Assembly: GCA_036498045.1 (NCBI GenBank)
Contig: DASXIJ010000017.1
Span: 3,478-67,477 of the forward strand
DNA length: 64,000 nucleotides
DNA from: Solirubrobacteraceae bacterium
Lineage (GTDB): Bacteria > Actinomycetota > Thermoleophilia > Solirubrobacterales > Solirubrobacteraceae
Reading direction: 5' to 3'
The number at the start of each line of letters is the position of its first letter. Positions within the stretch are counted from its first letter, which is position 1. Positions 1 through 9,634 of this stretch are shown here, piece after piece. The notes below the pieces were generated by a model. The model saw nothing but the letters and a program-made list of their open reading frames with translations, ran no database searches and was not told the origin of the DNA. The translations under genes and the position numbers were made by a program.

Positions 1-1062
1 GGGCGCTGGATCCACTACGGACTGACGTCGTCGGACGTGCTCGACACGGCGCTCGCGCTGCAGCTCGAGGCGGTCGGCGAGGTGGTCGTCGCGGGGGCGC
101 ACGAGCTCGTCGCGGCGCTTCACGCACGCGCGGCAGAGCACGTCGACACGCTGTGCGTCGGGCGCACCCACGGCATCCACGCCGAGCCGACGACGTTCGG
201 GATCAAGCTCGCGGGGTTCGCGTTCGAGGCGCTGCGCAACGCGCGGCGGCTGGAGCGCGCGTTCGCACAGGTCGCCGTCGGGGCGATCTCGGGCGCGGTC
301 GGCACGTACGCGGCGACGAGCCCGGAGTTCGAGCAGCGCGTGCTCGCGCGGCTGGGGCTCGCACGGGAGGACGTCTCGACGCAGGTCGTCGCGCGCGATC
401 GCCACGCCGAGCTGCTGAGCGCGATCGCGCTCGCGGGCGCCGGCCTGGAGCGCCTTGCGACGGAGGTGCGCCACCTCCAGCGCACGGAGGTGAGAGAGGT
501 GCAGGAGCCGTTTCGCGTCGGCCAGAAGGGCTCGTCGGCGATGCCGCACAAGCGCAACCCGATCAAGGCAGAGCAGATCTCGGGCCTGGCGCGCGTTCTG
601 CGCGGCAACGCCCAGGCTGCGCTCGAGGACGTCGCGCTGTGGCACGAGCGCGACATCAGCCACTCGTCGGTCGAGCGCGTGATCCTGCCTGACTCGACGA
701 TCCTGCTCGACTACGCACAGCACCGGGCGACGGCGCTCGTGCAGGGGATGACGATCGACGCCGAGCGGATGCGCGAGAACCTCGAGCTGACGCACGGCGC
801 GCTGTTCTCTCAAGCGCTGCTGCTCGCGCTCGTCGGCGGCGGGATGGCGCGCGACGACGCCTATCGCCTCACGCAGGAGCTCGCCCAGCGCGCGTGGGAC
901 GACGCGATCCCGCTGCGTGAGCTGCTCGCCGAGGACGCGCGCGTGCGCCCGCTCGGCCTCGACCTCGACGCGATCTTCGACTACACCCATTACGTCCGCT
1001 ACGCGCACGAGATCGTCGGCCGGCTCGACCGCGCGCTGGCGACCGGCCCCGAGCTCGCCTGA
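1..1062 (+). CDS. purB: Adenylosuccinate lyase (5'-truncated by window edge)
   Basis: Frame open from base 1 (GRWIHYGLTSSDVLDT); GRTHGIHAEP and the fumarase-superfamily signature GSSAMPHKRNP; first gene of the pur cluster. Confidence 0.97.
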   Translation, partial: GRWIHYGLTSSDVLDTALALQLEAVGEVVVAGAHELVAALHARAAEHVDTLCVGRTHGIHAEPTTFGIKLAGFAFEALRNARRLERAFAQVAVGAISGAVGTYAATSPEFEQRVLARLGLAREDVSTQVVARDRHAELLSAIALAGAGLERLATEVRHLQRTEVREVQEPFRVGQKGSSAMPHKRNPIKAEQISGLARVLRGNAQAALEDVALWHERDISHSSVERVILPDSTILLDYAQHRATALVQGMTIDAERMRENLELTHGALFSQALLLALVGGGMARDDAYRLTQELAQRAWDDAIPLRELLAEDARVRPLGLDLDAIFDYTHYVRYAHEIVGRLDRALATGPELA

Positions 1063-1179
1063 CCCGCGCATCGGCGCCCGCTCGCCCGGCCGCGCCCGGG
1101 GGGCCGCGCCCGCCGGCTTCCGTCCGGCCGGGGCCGCCCGGGGCCGCGCCCGCTGGCGGCGCTGGTAGCATCGCGACAC

Positions 1180-2097
1180 GTGACGACGACGCTCGCCGAC
1201 CTGCCCCTCCTCGCCAGCGGGAAGGTCCGCGAGATGTACGACCTGGGCGAGCGCGGCGACGCCGAGAGGGCGCCGCTGTTGATGGTCGCGAGCGACCGGA
1301 TCTCGACGTACGACGCGGTCCACCCGACGCCGATCCCGGACAAGGGAAAGGTGCTGACGGGCCTGTCGGTGTTCTGGTTCGCCCTGACCGAGCAGATCGT
1401 CGCAAACCACCTGATCTCGGCGACCGACGGCGTGCCGGAGGAGGCGCGCGGGCGGGCGCTGGTCGTGCGCCGGCTGGAGATGCTGCCGGTCGAGTGCGTA
1501 GTGCGCGGCTACATCACGGGCTCGGGCTGGAAGGACTACCAGGCGACGGGTTCGGTCTCGGGGATCGCGCTGCCGGACGGGCTGCGCGAGTCAGAACAGC
1601 TGCCGGAGCCGATCTTCACGCCGAGCACGAAGGCCGACGTGGGCCACGACGAGGCGATCGACCTGGAGCGCGCGGCCTCGCTGGTCGGCGACGCGGAGCT
1701 GATGCAGCGGGTGCGCGACGTGTCGGTTGCGCTGTACTCGTTCGCGGCCGACCACGCGCGCTCGCGCGGCGTGATCCTGGCCGACACGAAGTTCGAGTTC
1801 GGCCTCGACGAGCACGGCGAGCTGGTCCTCGGCGACGAGGTGCTGACGCCGGACTCCTCGCGCTACTGGCCGACCGACGGCTTCGAGGTCGGCCACGGCC
1901 AGCCGAGCTTCGACAAGCAGTACGTGCGCGACTGGGCGGCGGCGAGCGGGTGGGACAAGAAGCCGCCGGCGCCGGCGATCCCAGACGACGTCGTCGCCGG
2001 AACACGCGCGCGTTACGTCGAAGCGTACGAGCTGATCGCGGGCGAGCCGTTCGAGCGGTGGCTGGCGCGAAGCGGCGCGGTCGCGGACGACGCGTGA
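1180..2097 (+). CDS. purC: SAICAR synthetase
   Basis: SGKVRE, SDRISTYD, ECVVRGY, DTKFEFG, DEVLTPDSSRYW, SFDKQYVRDW motifs. Confidence 0.97.
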   Translation: MTTTLADLPLLASGKVREMYDLGERGDAERAPLLMVASDRISTYDAVHPTPIPDKGKVLTGLSVFWFALTEQIVANHLISATDGVPEEARGRALVVRRLEMLPVECVVRGYITGSGWKDYQATGSVSGIALPDGLRESEQLPEPIFTPSTKADVGHDEAIDLERAASLVGDAELMQRVRDVSVALYSFAADHARSRGVILADTKFEFGLDEHGELVLGDEVLTPDSSRYWPTDGFEVGHGQPSFDKQYVRDWAAASGWDKKPPAPAIPDDVVAGTRARYVEAYELIAGEPFERWLARSGAVADDA

Positions 2098-2315
2098 GGG
2101 CGCGCGTGCTGATCCGCCCAAAGCAGGGCATCCTCGACCCGCAGGGCGTCGCGGTCGAGCGCGCGCTGCCGGCGCTCGGCTTCGAGGGCGTCTCAGACGT
2201 CCACGTCGGCCGCTTGGTCGAGCTCGACGTCGACGACGCGACCCAGCTTCAGCCGATGTGCGAGAAGCTGCTCGCCAACCCGCTCGTCGAGGACTACGAG
2301 ATCATCGTTGAGTAG
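2094..2315 (+). CDS. purS: FGAM synthase subunit PurS
   Basis: GTG overlaps the purC stop (GTGA); 73 aa with K-x-G-I-L-D-P-Q-G and LLANPLVEDY. Confidence 0.95.
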   Translation: MRARVLIRPKQGILDPQGVAVERALPALGFEGVSDVHVGRLVELDVDDATQLQPMCEKLLANPLVEDYEIIVE

Positions 2316-2330
2316 CGACGCGCGCCGCAG

Positions 2331-3005
2331 ATGAAGTTCGGCGTTCTTCGATTTCCGGGTTCTTGCGACGAGGTCGACGCGCTGGAGGCGGCGCGGCGCG
2401 TTGGCGACGCCGAGCTGATCTGGCACGGTGACCGCGACCTCGGCGGCGCGGACGCGATCGTCGTGCCGGGCGGGTTCTCCTACGGCGACTACCTGCGCGC
2501 GGGGGCGATCGCGCGGTTTGCGCCGGCGATGGAGTCGGTGATCGAGTTCGCTCGCAGCGGCGGGCTGGTGCTGGGGATCTGCAACGGCTTTCAGGTGCTG
2601 TGCGAGGCGCACCTGCTGCCGGGCGCGCTGCTGGTCAACGCCAACCGCCGGTTCACATTCCGCCAGCTCGACCTCGAGGTCATCAACGCGCAGACGCCGT
2701 TCACGCGCGCGTGCGCGACGGGCGAGCGGCTGAGCATCCCGGCCAAGCACGGATGGGGCCGCTACCACGCCGACGACGCGACGCTCGCTTCGATGCGCGA
2801 GCACGATCAGGTCGTGCTGCGCTACGCCGCGGGAGAGAGCTTCAACGGATCGGTCGACGACATCGCGGGCGTCTGCAACGAGGCGGGCAACGTGTTCGGC
2901 CTGATGCCGCACCCCGAGCACGCGGTCGATCGGCTGACGGGCGGCTCTGCAGACGGCTTGAAGATCTTTGAGTCGATCTGCGTCGCTGTCGGGGCGGTCG
3001 CGTGA
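2331..3005 (+). CDS. purQ: FGAM synthase glutaminase subunit PurQ
   Basis: FPGS, PGGFSYGDYLRAG, GICNGFQ, GLMPHPE motifs. Confidence 0.97.
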   Translation: MKFGVLRFPGSCDEVDALEAARRVGDAELIWHGDRDLGGADAIVVPGGFSYGDYLRAGAIARFAPAMESVIEFARSGGLVLGICNGFQVLCEAHLLPGALLVNANRRFTFRQLDLEVINAQTPFTRACATGERLSIPAKHGWGRYHADDATLASMREHDQVVLRYAAGESFNGSVDDIAGVCNEAGNVFGLMPHPEHAVDRLTGGSADGLKIFESICVAVGAVA

Positions 3006-3054
3006 TGAGCGCCGGCGCCGCCAGGCGGCTTCGAAGGAGGGGTCCCGGCAGCTG

Positions 3055-5295
3055 ATGGCCGCCAACGCGACGCTGCCGACGCTCGCCGATGCGCTCGCGC
3101 TAGGGCTCACCGAGCACGAGTACGAGCTCGTGTGCGAGAAGCAGGGCGGTTCGCCGAACGTGCTCGAGCTGGCGATGTACTCGCTGCTGTGGAGCGAGCA
3201 CTGCGCGTACAAGCACTCCAAGAAGCTGCTGCGCACGCTGCCGACGGACGGCCCGCACGTCGTGATGGGGCCGGGCGAGAACGCGGGCGCGGTCGATGTC
3301 GGCGGCGGGCTGGCGTGCGCGTTCAAGGTCGAGTCGCACAACCACCCGAGCGCGGTCGAGCCATTTCAGGGCGCGGCGACGGGCGTCGGCGGGATCCTGC
3401 GCGACATCTTCGCGATCGGCGCGCGCCCGATCGCGGTGCTCGACTCGCTGCGCTTCGGCGAGCCGACCGGGCCGGGCGGCACGCGCTCGCGCTACCTGCT
3501 CGACGGCGCGGTCGCGGGGATCGGCCACTACGGCAACTCGATCGGCGTGCCGACGGTCGGCGGCGAGGTCTACTTCGAGGGCCCGTACGAGCACAACTGC
3601 CTGGTCAACGCGATGGCGCTGGGACTCGCCGAGCGCGACCGCCTCGTCCGCAGCGCGGCGGCCGGCGAGGGCAACCTGCTGGTGCTGTTCGGCGCGGCGA
3701 CCGGCCGCGACGGGATCGGCGGCGCGTCGGTGCTCGCGTCGGCCGAGCTGACCGGCGAGGACACGGCGACTGGCGCGTCGGGCGGCTCGGGCAAGCGCCC
3801 GACTGTTCAGGTCGGCGACCCGTTCGAGGAGAAGAAGCTGCTCGAGTGCTCGCTGGAGCTGCTCGAGCGCGGCCTGCTCGTCTCGCTGCAGGACCTCGGC
3901 GCGGCGGGGCTGACGTCGTCGGCCGCCGAGATGGCGTCCAAGGGCGAGGTCGGGATCGAGATCAACGTCGCGCGCGTGCCGCTGCGCGAGGGCGACATGG
4001 AGCCGTTTGAGGTGATGGTGTCCGAGTCGCAGGAGCGGATGCTGTGCGTCGTCGAGCCGGACAACGTCGACGCGGTGCTCGCGCTGTGTGAGAAGTGGGA
4101 GGTCGGCGGCGCGGTGATCGGCACGGTTACCGACGGCGCCCGGGTGCGCGTCCGCGCGGGGGAGGAGCTCATCGGCGACATGCCGGTGCGCGCGCTGGTC
4201 GACGAGTGCCCGCTGTATGACGTGCATCCGAGCAAGCCGCAGCAGCCGATCTACGCCGCGCCGCCGGCGACGCTCGCGCCCGGCGCCGCGCCGCGGGACG
4301 CCCTGCTGGCGCTGCTGTCGGCGCCGAACGTCGCGTCGCGCCGGCCGCTGTTCGAGCAGTACGACGCGATCGTCCAGTCGCGCACGGTCCGCCGTCCCGA
4401 GCAGGCCGACGCGGCCGTGCTGGCGCTCCCCGACGGCAGCGCGCTGGCGGTCAGCATCGACTGCAACGGCCGCCGCGTCGCGGCCGACCCGTATCGCGGG
4501 ACGGTCGAGGCGGTGCTCGAGTGCGCGGCGAACCTCGCGTGCGCCGGCGCAGAGCCGCTCGGGACGACGAACAACCTCAACTTCGGCAACCCCGAGAAGC
4601 CGCACATCGCGTGGCAGCTGACCGAGGCCGTGCGCGGCCTGGGCGACGCGTGCCGGGCGCTGGAGGCGCCGATCGTCGGCGGCAACGTGTCGCTGTACAA
4701 CGAGGGCGCGACCGGCCCGATCTACCCGACGCCGGTGGTCGGGATGGTCGGTCAGATGCCCGACGCGCGTCGCGCCGGACGCCTGGCGTTCGCGCGCGCG
4801 GGAGACGAGATCGCGCTGGCCGGGCCGTTCGCGCCGTCGCTCGCAGCGAGCGAGCTGTCCAAGCTGCGTGGCGAGGAGCTCCCCGACGGGCTTCCCGCCG
4901 TCGACGTCGACGCCGTCCGCGCGGCGCAGGTCGCCGTGCGCGACGCCGTCCGCGCGGGCGCGCTGTCGTGTGCCCACGACGTCGCCGAGGGCGGTCTCGC
5001 GGTGGCGCTCGCCGAGTGCTGCGTCGTGGGCGGGCTCGGCGCGAACGTCGAGCTCGACGCGTCGAGCTCCACCGGCGACCCCCTGACTGCGCTGTTCGGC
5101 GAGGGCGCAGGCGGCTTCGTCGTCAGCGGCGCGCCCGCGGCGCTGCGCGAGCTGGCCGCGCGGGTGGCGCTGCGCCCGCTCGGAACCGTCGGCGGCGACG
5201 GCCTGTCGATCCGCTGGGGGCCGGACGACGCCCTGGCCGTGGCGCTCGACGAGCTCGCGGGCGCCCATCGCAGCCTGGAAAAGCTCTTTGACTAA
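3055..5295 (+). CDS. purL: FGAM synthase subunit PurL (small type)
   Basis: WSEHCAYK, KVESHNHPS, QGAATGVGG, SESQERM, GGNVSLYN; ATG 3055 preferred over the upstream TTG. Confidence 0.97.
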   Translation: MAANATLPTLADALALGLTEHEYELVCEKQGGSPNVLELAMYSLLWSEHCAYKHSKKLLRTLPTDGPHVVMGPGENAGAVDVGGGLACAFKVESHNHPSAVEPFQGAATGVGGILRDIFAIGARPIAVLDSLRFGEPTGPGGTRSRYLLDGAVAGIGHYGNSIGVPTVGGEVYFEGPYEHNCLVNAMALGLAERDRLVRSAAAGEGNLLVLFGAATGRDGIGGASVLASAELTGEDTATGASGGSGKRPTVQVGDPFEEKKLLECSLELLERGLLVSLQDLGAAGLTSSAAEMASKGEVGIEINVARVPLREGDMEPFEVMVSESQERMLCVVEPDNVDAVLALCEKWEVGGAVIGTVTDGARVRVRAGEELIGDMPVRALVDECPLYDVHPSKPQQPIYAAPPATLAPGAAPRDALLALLSAPNVASRRPLFEQYDAIVQSRTVRRPEQADAAVLALPDGSALAVSIDCNGRRVAADPYRGTVEAVLECAANLACAGAEPLGTTNNLNFGNPEKPHIAWQLTEAVRGLGDACRALEAPIVGGNVSLYNEGATGPIYPTPVVGMVGQMPDARRAGRLAFARAGDEIALAGPFAPSLAASELSKLRGEELPDGLPAVDVDAVRAAQVAVRDAVRAGALSCAHDVAEGGLAVALAECCVVGGLGANVELDASSSTGDPLTALFGEGAGGFVVSGAPAALRELAARVALRPLGTVGGDGLSIRWGPDDALAVALDELAGAHRSLEKLFD

Positions 5296-5347
5296 GCCGA
5301 GCGCCGGCGTGCCAGACGGCCAAGCGCCCCGTGCTAGCGTCTCGGTA

Positions 5348-6940
5348 ATGCCGTCGCGTGGGCCGCGAGCAGGGGGACGCTCGTCATCGGACGGGCCGGC
5401 TGGAGCCTGGTCTGAGGATCATCCGCACGACGAGTGCGGCGTCTTCGGGCTGTACGCGCCCGGTCATGAGGTGTCGCGGCTGTCGTACTTCGCGCTGTTC
5501 GCGCTGCAGCACCGCGGCCAGGAGTCGGCGGGGATCGCCGCGGCCGACCGCAACGGGCACATCATCACCCGCCGCGAGCTCGGGCTCGTCAGTCAGGTGT
5601 TCAGCGAGAACGACCTGCGCACGCTCGCCGGCGAGCTGGCGATCGGCCACGTTCGCTACTCGACGACGGGCGCGAACGCGTGGGAGAACTCCCAGCCGGT
5701 CCAGCGCTCGGAGGGCACCGACGGCTCGCGCCGCGAGCTCGCGCTGGCGCACAACGGCAACCTGATCAACGCCGTGCAGCTGCACAACGAGCTGCTCGAC
5801 ACGGGCGTCACGTTCAGCTCGACGTCTGACTCGGAGATCATCGCCGCGCTGATCGCAACCGAGCCGGCCGAGCGCGTCGAGGACGCGATCGCGGCGGTGA
5901 TGCCGCGCCTGCGCGGCGCGTTCTCGACGGTCGTCATGACAAAGGACCGCGTCGTCGCGTTTCGCGACCCGCACGGGCTGCGGCCGCTGTCGATCGGCAT
6001 CCTGCCCGCCGCGCCCGGCGCCGCGTCAGCCGCCGGCCCGGACGCCGAGGCGGCCAGCGCCGCGGACGCCGAGGCGGGCGACGGCTCGGACGCCGCCCCT
6101 CGCTACTGCGTCGCGAGCGAGTCGTGCGCGTTCGACATCATCGGCGCGCAGTTCGTGCGCGACGTCGAGCCGGGCGAGATGGTCACGCTCGGCGAGGACG
6201 GCCTGGAGAGCCGGATCGTCGCTCCGGGCGAGCGGCGCGCGTTCTGCGTGTTCGAGTACATCTACTTCGCGCGGCCTGACTCGCGGATGAACGGTCACGC
6301 GCTGCAGGTCGCGCGTGGGCGGATGGGCGAGATCCTGTGGCGCGAGGCGCCGGTCGACGCCGACGTCGTGATCGCCGTGCCCGACTCGGGCAACGCGGCC
6401 GCGCGCGGGCTCGCGCGCGCGTCGGGGCTGCCGCAGGACGACGGCTTCGTCAAGAACCGTTACGTCGCGCGGACGTTCATCCAACCCGGGCAGGAGCTTC
6501 GCAAGCACGGCCTACGGCTGAAGTTCAACCCGCTGCCCGAGGTGATCGCCGGGCAGCGGCTCGTCGTCGTCGACGACTCGATCGTGCGCGGCAACACGAC
6601 GCGCCAGATCGTGCAGATGCTGCGCGACGCGGGCGCCGCCGAGGTGCACATGCGGATCTCAGCGCCGCCGATCAAGCACCCGTGCCACTACGGCATCGAC
6701 ATGTCAACGCGCGAGGAGATGATCGCGCACGGGCGCACGACCGACGAGATCGCCGCCGAGCTCGGCTGTGACTCGCTGCACTACCTGTCGCTGGCCGGCG
6801 TCTACGAGGCCGTCGGCGGCGATCGCGCAAGCCACTGCGACGCGTGCTTCAGCGGCGAGTACCCGCTCGCCGGCTCAGACGACGCCGCCGGCAAGCACTC
6901 GCTCGAGGACGGCCAGATCCTCCCGCTCGTCAGGGCCTGA
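5348..6940 (+). CDS. purF: Amidophosphoribosyltransferase
   Basis: Propeptide then ECGVFG, LQHRGQESAG, GHVRYST, VDDSIVRG, Fe-S cysteines; TAGCGT 7 nt upstream of ATG 5348. Confidence 0.97.
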   Translation: MPSRGPRAGGRSSSDGPAGAWSEDHPHDECGVFGLYAPGHEVSRLSYFALFALQHRGQESAGIAAADRNGHIITRRELGLVSQVFSENDLRTLAGELAIGHVRYSTTGANAWENSQPVQRSEGTDGSRRELALAHNGNLINAVQLHNELLDTGVTFSSTSDSEIIAALIATEPAERVEDAIAAVMPRLRGAFSTVVMTKDRVVAFRDPHGLRPLSIGILPAAPGAASAAGPDAEAASAADAEAGDGSDAAPRYCVASESCAFDIIGAQFVRDVEPGEMVTLGEDGLESRIVAPGERRAFCVFEYIYFARPDSRMNGHALQVARGRMGEILWREAPVDADVVIAVPDSGNAAARGLARASGLPQDDGFVKNRYVARTFIQPGQELRKHGLRLKFNPLPEVIAGQRLVVVDDSIVRGNTTRQIVQMLRDAGAAEVHMRISAPPIKHPCHYGIDMSTREEMIAHGRTTDEIAAELGCDSLHYLSLAGVYEAVGGDRASHCDACFSGEYPLAGSDDAAGKHSLEDGQILPLVRA

Positions 6941-6952
6941 GCGGGCGCCGCC

Positions 6953-7102
6953 CTAGCCTAGGTGGTCGCGGCGCGCGGCGGATGCGTCGTTGTAGCGGTT
7001 GTTGTACGGGCGGCGCAAGAGCGCGCCCTCACCGCGTCCGGAGCGCAGGGCGTAACCGAGCGCGCTGACGACGATCAGGGTGATGAAGACTGCTGTGAGC
7101 AT
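6953..7102 (-). CDS. Small (49 aa) predicted single-pass membrane protein
   Basis: MLTAVFITLIVVSALGYALRSG... hydrophobic N-terminus; purine-rich GAAGGGACGG upstream of ATG; fills the purF-purN gap. Confidence 0.6.
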   Translation of the reverse strand: MLTAVFITLIVVSALGYALRSGRGEGALLRRPYNNRYNDASAARRDHLG

Positions 7103-7209
7103 TTGTCCGTCCCTTCGGTTGCAGACCTGCACCCCCGCCAACCTCATCTCTCATTCAACGCGTCGGCGCTCGACTCCTGTGTGAGGTGGCGCACAGCTAT
7201 GGTGCGGCC

Positions 7210-7842
7210 GTGGCCGAGCCGCTACCGATCGCCGTGCTCGTATCGGGCACCGGCACGAACCTGCAGGCGCTGCTCGACACCGTCCACGGGCGCGAGGCGC
7301 AGATCGTCGCGGTCGCCTCGAGCGTCGCCGGCGCGCCGGCGCTCGCTCGCGCGGCCGCGCGCGACGTGCCGACCGAGGTATTCGAGCGCGCCGCGTACGC
7401 CGACCGCCCCGCGCGCGACGCGGCGCTGGCCGACTGGCTGGCCGAGCACGGCGCGCGGCTGGTCGTGCTTGCCGGCTACATGGAGCTGCTCGGATCGCCG
7501 TTCCTCGCGCGCTTCCCGGCGGCCGTGATCAACGTCCACCCGTCGCTGCTGCCCGCGTTTCCCGGGATCGGCGCGATCGCGCAGGCGCTCGCATACGGCG
7601 TGCACGTGTTCGGCGTGACCGTGCACTTCGTCGACGACGGCGTCGACACCGGCCCGGTGATCGCCCAGCGCGCGGTCGAGCTGCCCGGCGCGCGCGACGA
7701 GGACGAGGTGCTCGGCGCGCTGCGACCGCTCGAGCACGCGCTGCTCGCCGACGCGGTGAGGATGTTCGCGCGCGGCGAGCTTGAGATCGATCCCGCCGAT
7801 CCGCGCCACCCGCGCCCCGCGCCCGCGCGGGATACGCTCTGA
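7210..7842 (+). CDS. purN: Phosphoribosylglycinamide formyltransferase
   Basis: VLVSGTGTNLQAL, LAGYM, INVHPSLLPAFPG, TVHFVDDGVDTGP; TATGGT 6 nt before GTG 7210. Confidence 0.96.
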   Translation: MAEPLPIAVLVSGTGTNLQALLDTVHGREAQIVAVASSVAGAPALARAAARDVPTEVFERAAYADRPARDAALADWLAEHGARLVVLAGYMELLGSPFLARFPAAVINVHPSLLPAFPGIGAIAQALAYGVHVFGVTVHFVDDGVDTGPVIAQRAVELPGARDEDEVLGALRPLEHALLADAVRMFARGELEIDPADPRHPRPAPARDTL

Positions 7843-7844
7843 GC

Positions 7845-9479
7845 ATGTCCGCGGCACGCGAACCGATCACCGCTCGCGCCGCCGGCGTGGAGGCCGCCGC
7901 ACCGGGCGAAGTGCGCGTGCGCAGAGCGCTGCTGTCGGTGTCTGACAAGCGCGCGATCGTCGACTTCGCGCGCGGGCTCGACGGGCTCGGCGTCGAGCTC
8001 GTATCGACCGGCGGGACCGCGCGTGAGCTCGCCGGCGCCGGCCTGGCGCCGCGTGAGATCGAGGACTTCACGGGCTTTCCCGAGATGCTCGACGGTCGCG
8101 TCAAGACGCTGCACCCGCGGCTGTACGCGGGCCTGCTCGCGCTGCGCGACGACGACGCGCACCTGGACGCCGCGCGCGAGCACGCGATCGAGCAGGTCGA
8201 CCTCGTGTGCGTCAACCTCTACCCGTTCGAGCAGACCGTCGCGCGCGGCGACGCCGACGACGATGAGATCGTCGAGAACATCGACATCGGCGGGCCGACG
8301 ATGATCCGCGCCGCGGCCAAGAACAGCGCGTTCGCGGCCGTAGTCGTCGACCCAGACGACTACGAGCCGGTGCTCGCCGAGCTGCGCTGCACCGACGGGC
8401 GCCTGTCGCTGCAGACGCGCACGCGCCTGGCGGCAAAGGCGTTCTCGCTGACCGCCCGCTACGACGCGGCGATCGCCACGTGGTTCGCCCAGCGCGTCTA
8501 CGACGACTTCCCGCCGACGTGGCACGACTCTTATGAGAAGGTCACCGACCTGCGCTACGGCGAGAACCCGCACCAGGCCGCCGCCTTCTACGCGCGCGCC
8601 GGCGTCCCCACGCACCTGCTCGACGGCGTTCGCCAGCTCCACGGCAAGGAGCTGTCGTTCAACAACCTGCTCGATCTCAGCTCCGCGCGCGAGCTCGTCG
8701 AGGACTTCCAGCAACCGGCGTGTGTGATCGTCAAGCACAACAACCCGTGCGGCTGCGCCGTCGCGCCCGACGCGCTGGTCGCCTATCAACGCGCGTTCGC
8801 GTGTGACCCGCAGAGCGCCTACGGCGGCGTGATCGCGATCAACCGGCCGATCGACGAGGCGCTCGCGCGCGAGCTGTCAAAGCAGTTCATCGAGGTCCTG
8901 CTCGCGCCACGCTTCGCGCCAGACGCGCTCGCGGTGCTGAGCGAGCGCAAGAACGTCAGGCTGCTCGAGCTCGAGCGCTGGCCCGAGCCCTCGCGCGAGG
9001 TCGAAGCAAAGCCCGTGATCGGCGGACAGCTCGTCCAGACGCGCGACGTCGTCACCGAGACGCGCGAGCAGATGAGCGTGGTAACGCCGCGCGCGCCCAG
9101 TGAGCGGGAGTGGCAGGCGATGCTGTTCGCGTGGACCGTCTGCCGCGCGGTGCGCTCGAACGCGATCGTGATCGCCGCGGCAGCCGACGACTCCTCGTGC
9201 GCGACGATCGGGGTCGGCGCCGGGCAGATGAGCCGCGTCGACGCCGTGCGGATCGCCGTCGAGAAGGCCACCGACGCCCAGCCGCAGCTGCTCGCCGGCT
9301 CGGCGCTCGCCTCGGACGCGTTCTTCCCGTTCGCCGACGGGCCGCAGCTCGCGATCGACGCCGGCGTCGCCGCGATCATCCAGCCCGGCGGCTCCGTCCG
9401 CGATGACGACGTCATCGCCGCCGCCGAGCACGCCGGCATCGCGATGGTCGCGACCGGCATCCGCCACTTCCGCCATTAG
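7845..9479 (+). CDS. purH: Bifunctional AICAR transformylase/IMP cyclohydrolase
   Basis: RALLSVSDK, STGGT, GRVKTLHP, LRYGENPHQ, VKHNNPCG, SDAFFPF, RHFRH end. Confidence 0.97.
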   Translation: MSAAREPITARAAGVEAAAPGEVRVRRALLSVSDKRAIVDFARGLDGLGVELVSTGGTARELAGAGLAPREIEDFTGFPEMLDGRVKTLHPRLYAGLLALRDDDAHLDAAREHAIEQVDLVCVNLYPFEQTVARGDADDDEIVENIDIGGPTMIRAAAKNSAFAAVVVDPDDYEPVLAELRCTDGRLSLQTRTRLAAKAFSLTARYDAAIATWFAQRVYDDFPPTWHDSYEKVTDLRYGENPHQAAAFYARAGVPTHLLDGVRQLHGKELSFNNLLDLSSARELVEDFQQPACVIVKHNNPCGCAVAPDALVAYQRAFACDPQSAYGGVIAINRPIDEALARELSKQFIEVLLAPRFAPDALAVLSERKNVRLLELERWPEPSREVEAKPVIGGQLVQTRDVVTETREQMSVVTPRAPSEREWQAMLFAWTVCRAVRSNAIVIAAAADDSSCATIGVGAGQMSRVDAVRIAVEKATDAQPQLLAGSALASDAFFPFADGPQLAIDAGVAAIIQPGGSVRDDDVIAAAEHAGIAMVATGIRHFRH

Positions 9480-9541
9480 CCGCCGTGCGCCCGACCGACT
9501 CCCCGCCCTCCGAGCCCGCGGCGCGAGCCCGATCTCGTGGA

Positions 9542-9568
9542 GGCGCCCGCCGTACGCAGGCGGGCGCC
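9542..9568 (+). terminator. GC-rich hairpin after purH (possible terminator)
   Basis: GGCGCCCGCC-gtacgca-GGCGGGCGCC perfect 10-bp stem; no U-tract. Confidence 0.45.
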
Positions 9569-9622
9569 GCTGCGCGCCATCGAGATGCCATCGGCGGGGG
9601 GGGACTTGAAGAACAACACATA

Positions 9623-9634
9623 ACGATATATCGT
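9623..9634. promoter_or_regulatory. Palindromic putative PadR operator
   Basis: Perfect palindrome ACGATATATCGT in an AT-rich patch upstream of the PadR gene; a half site ACGATA recurs at about 9654. Confidence 0.6.

Noticed and set aside
1063-1160. Three copies of GGCCGCGCCCG between purB and purC (REP-like?)
   Set aside because: Pure G/C low-complexity sequence in a very GC-rich genome; not seen as a dispersed family in this window
3100-5268. Long antisense and alternate-frame ORFs in the track (e.g. 3100..5268, 7476..8789, 15263..16744, 49232..50608)
   Set aside because: Shadow ORFs of real genes, caused by stop-codon scarcity at high GC; Arg/Ala-rich with no family motifs
7103-7845. ZTP (pfl) or purine riboswitch ahead of purN/purH
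   Set aside because: No recognisable aptamer; both genes appear leaderless, leaving no room for one
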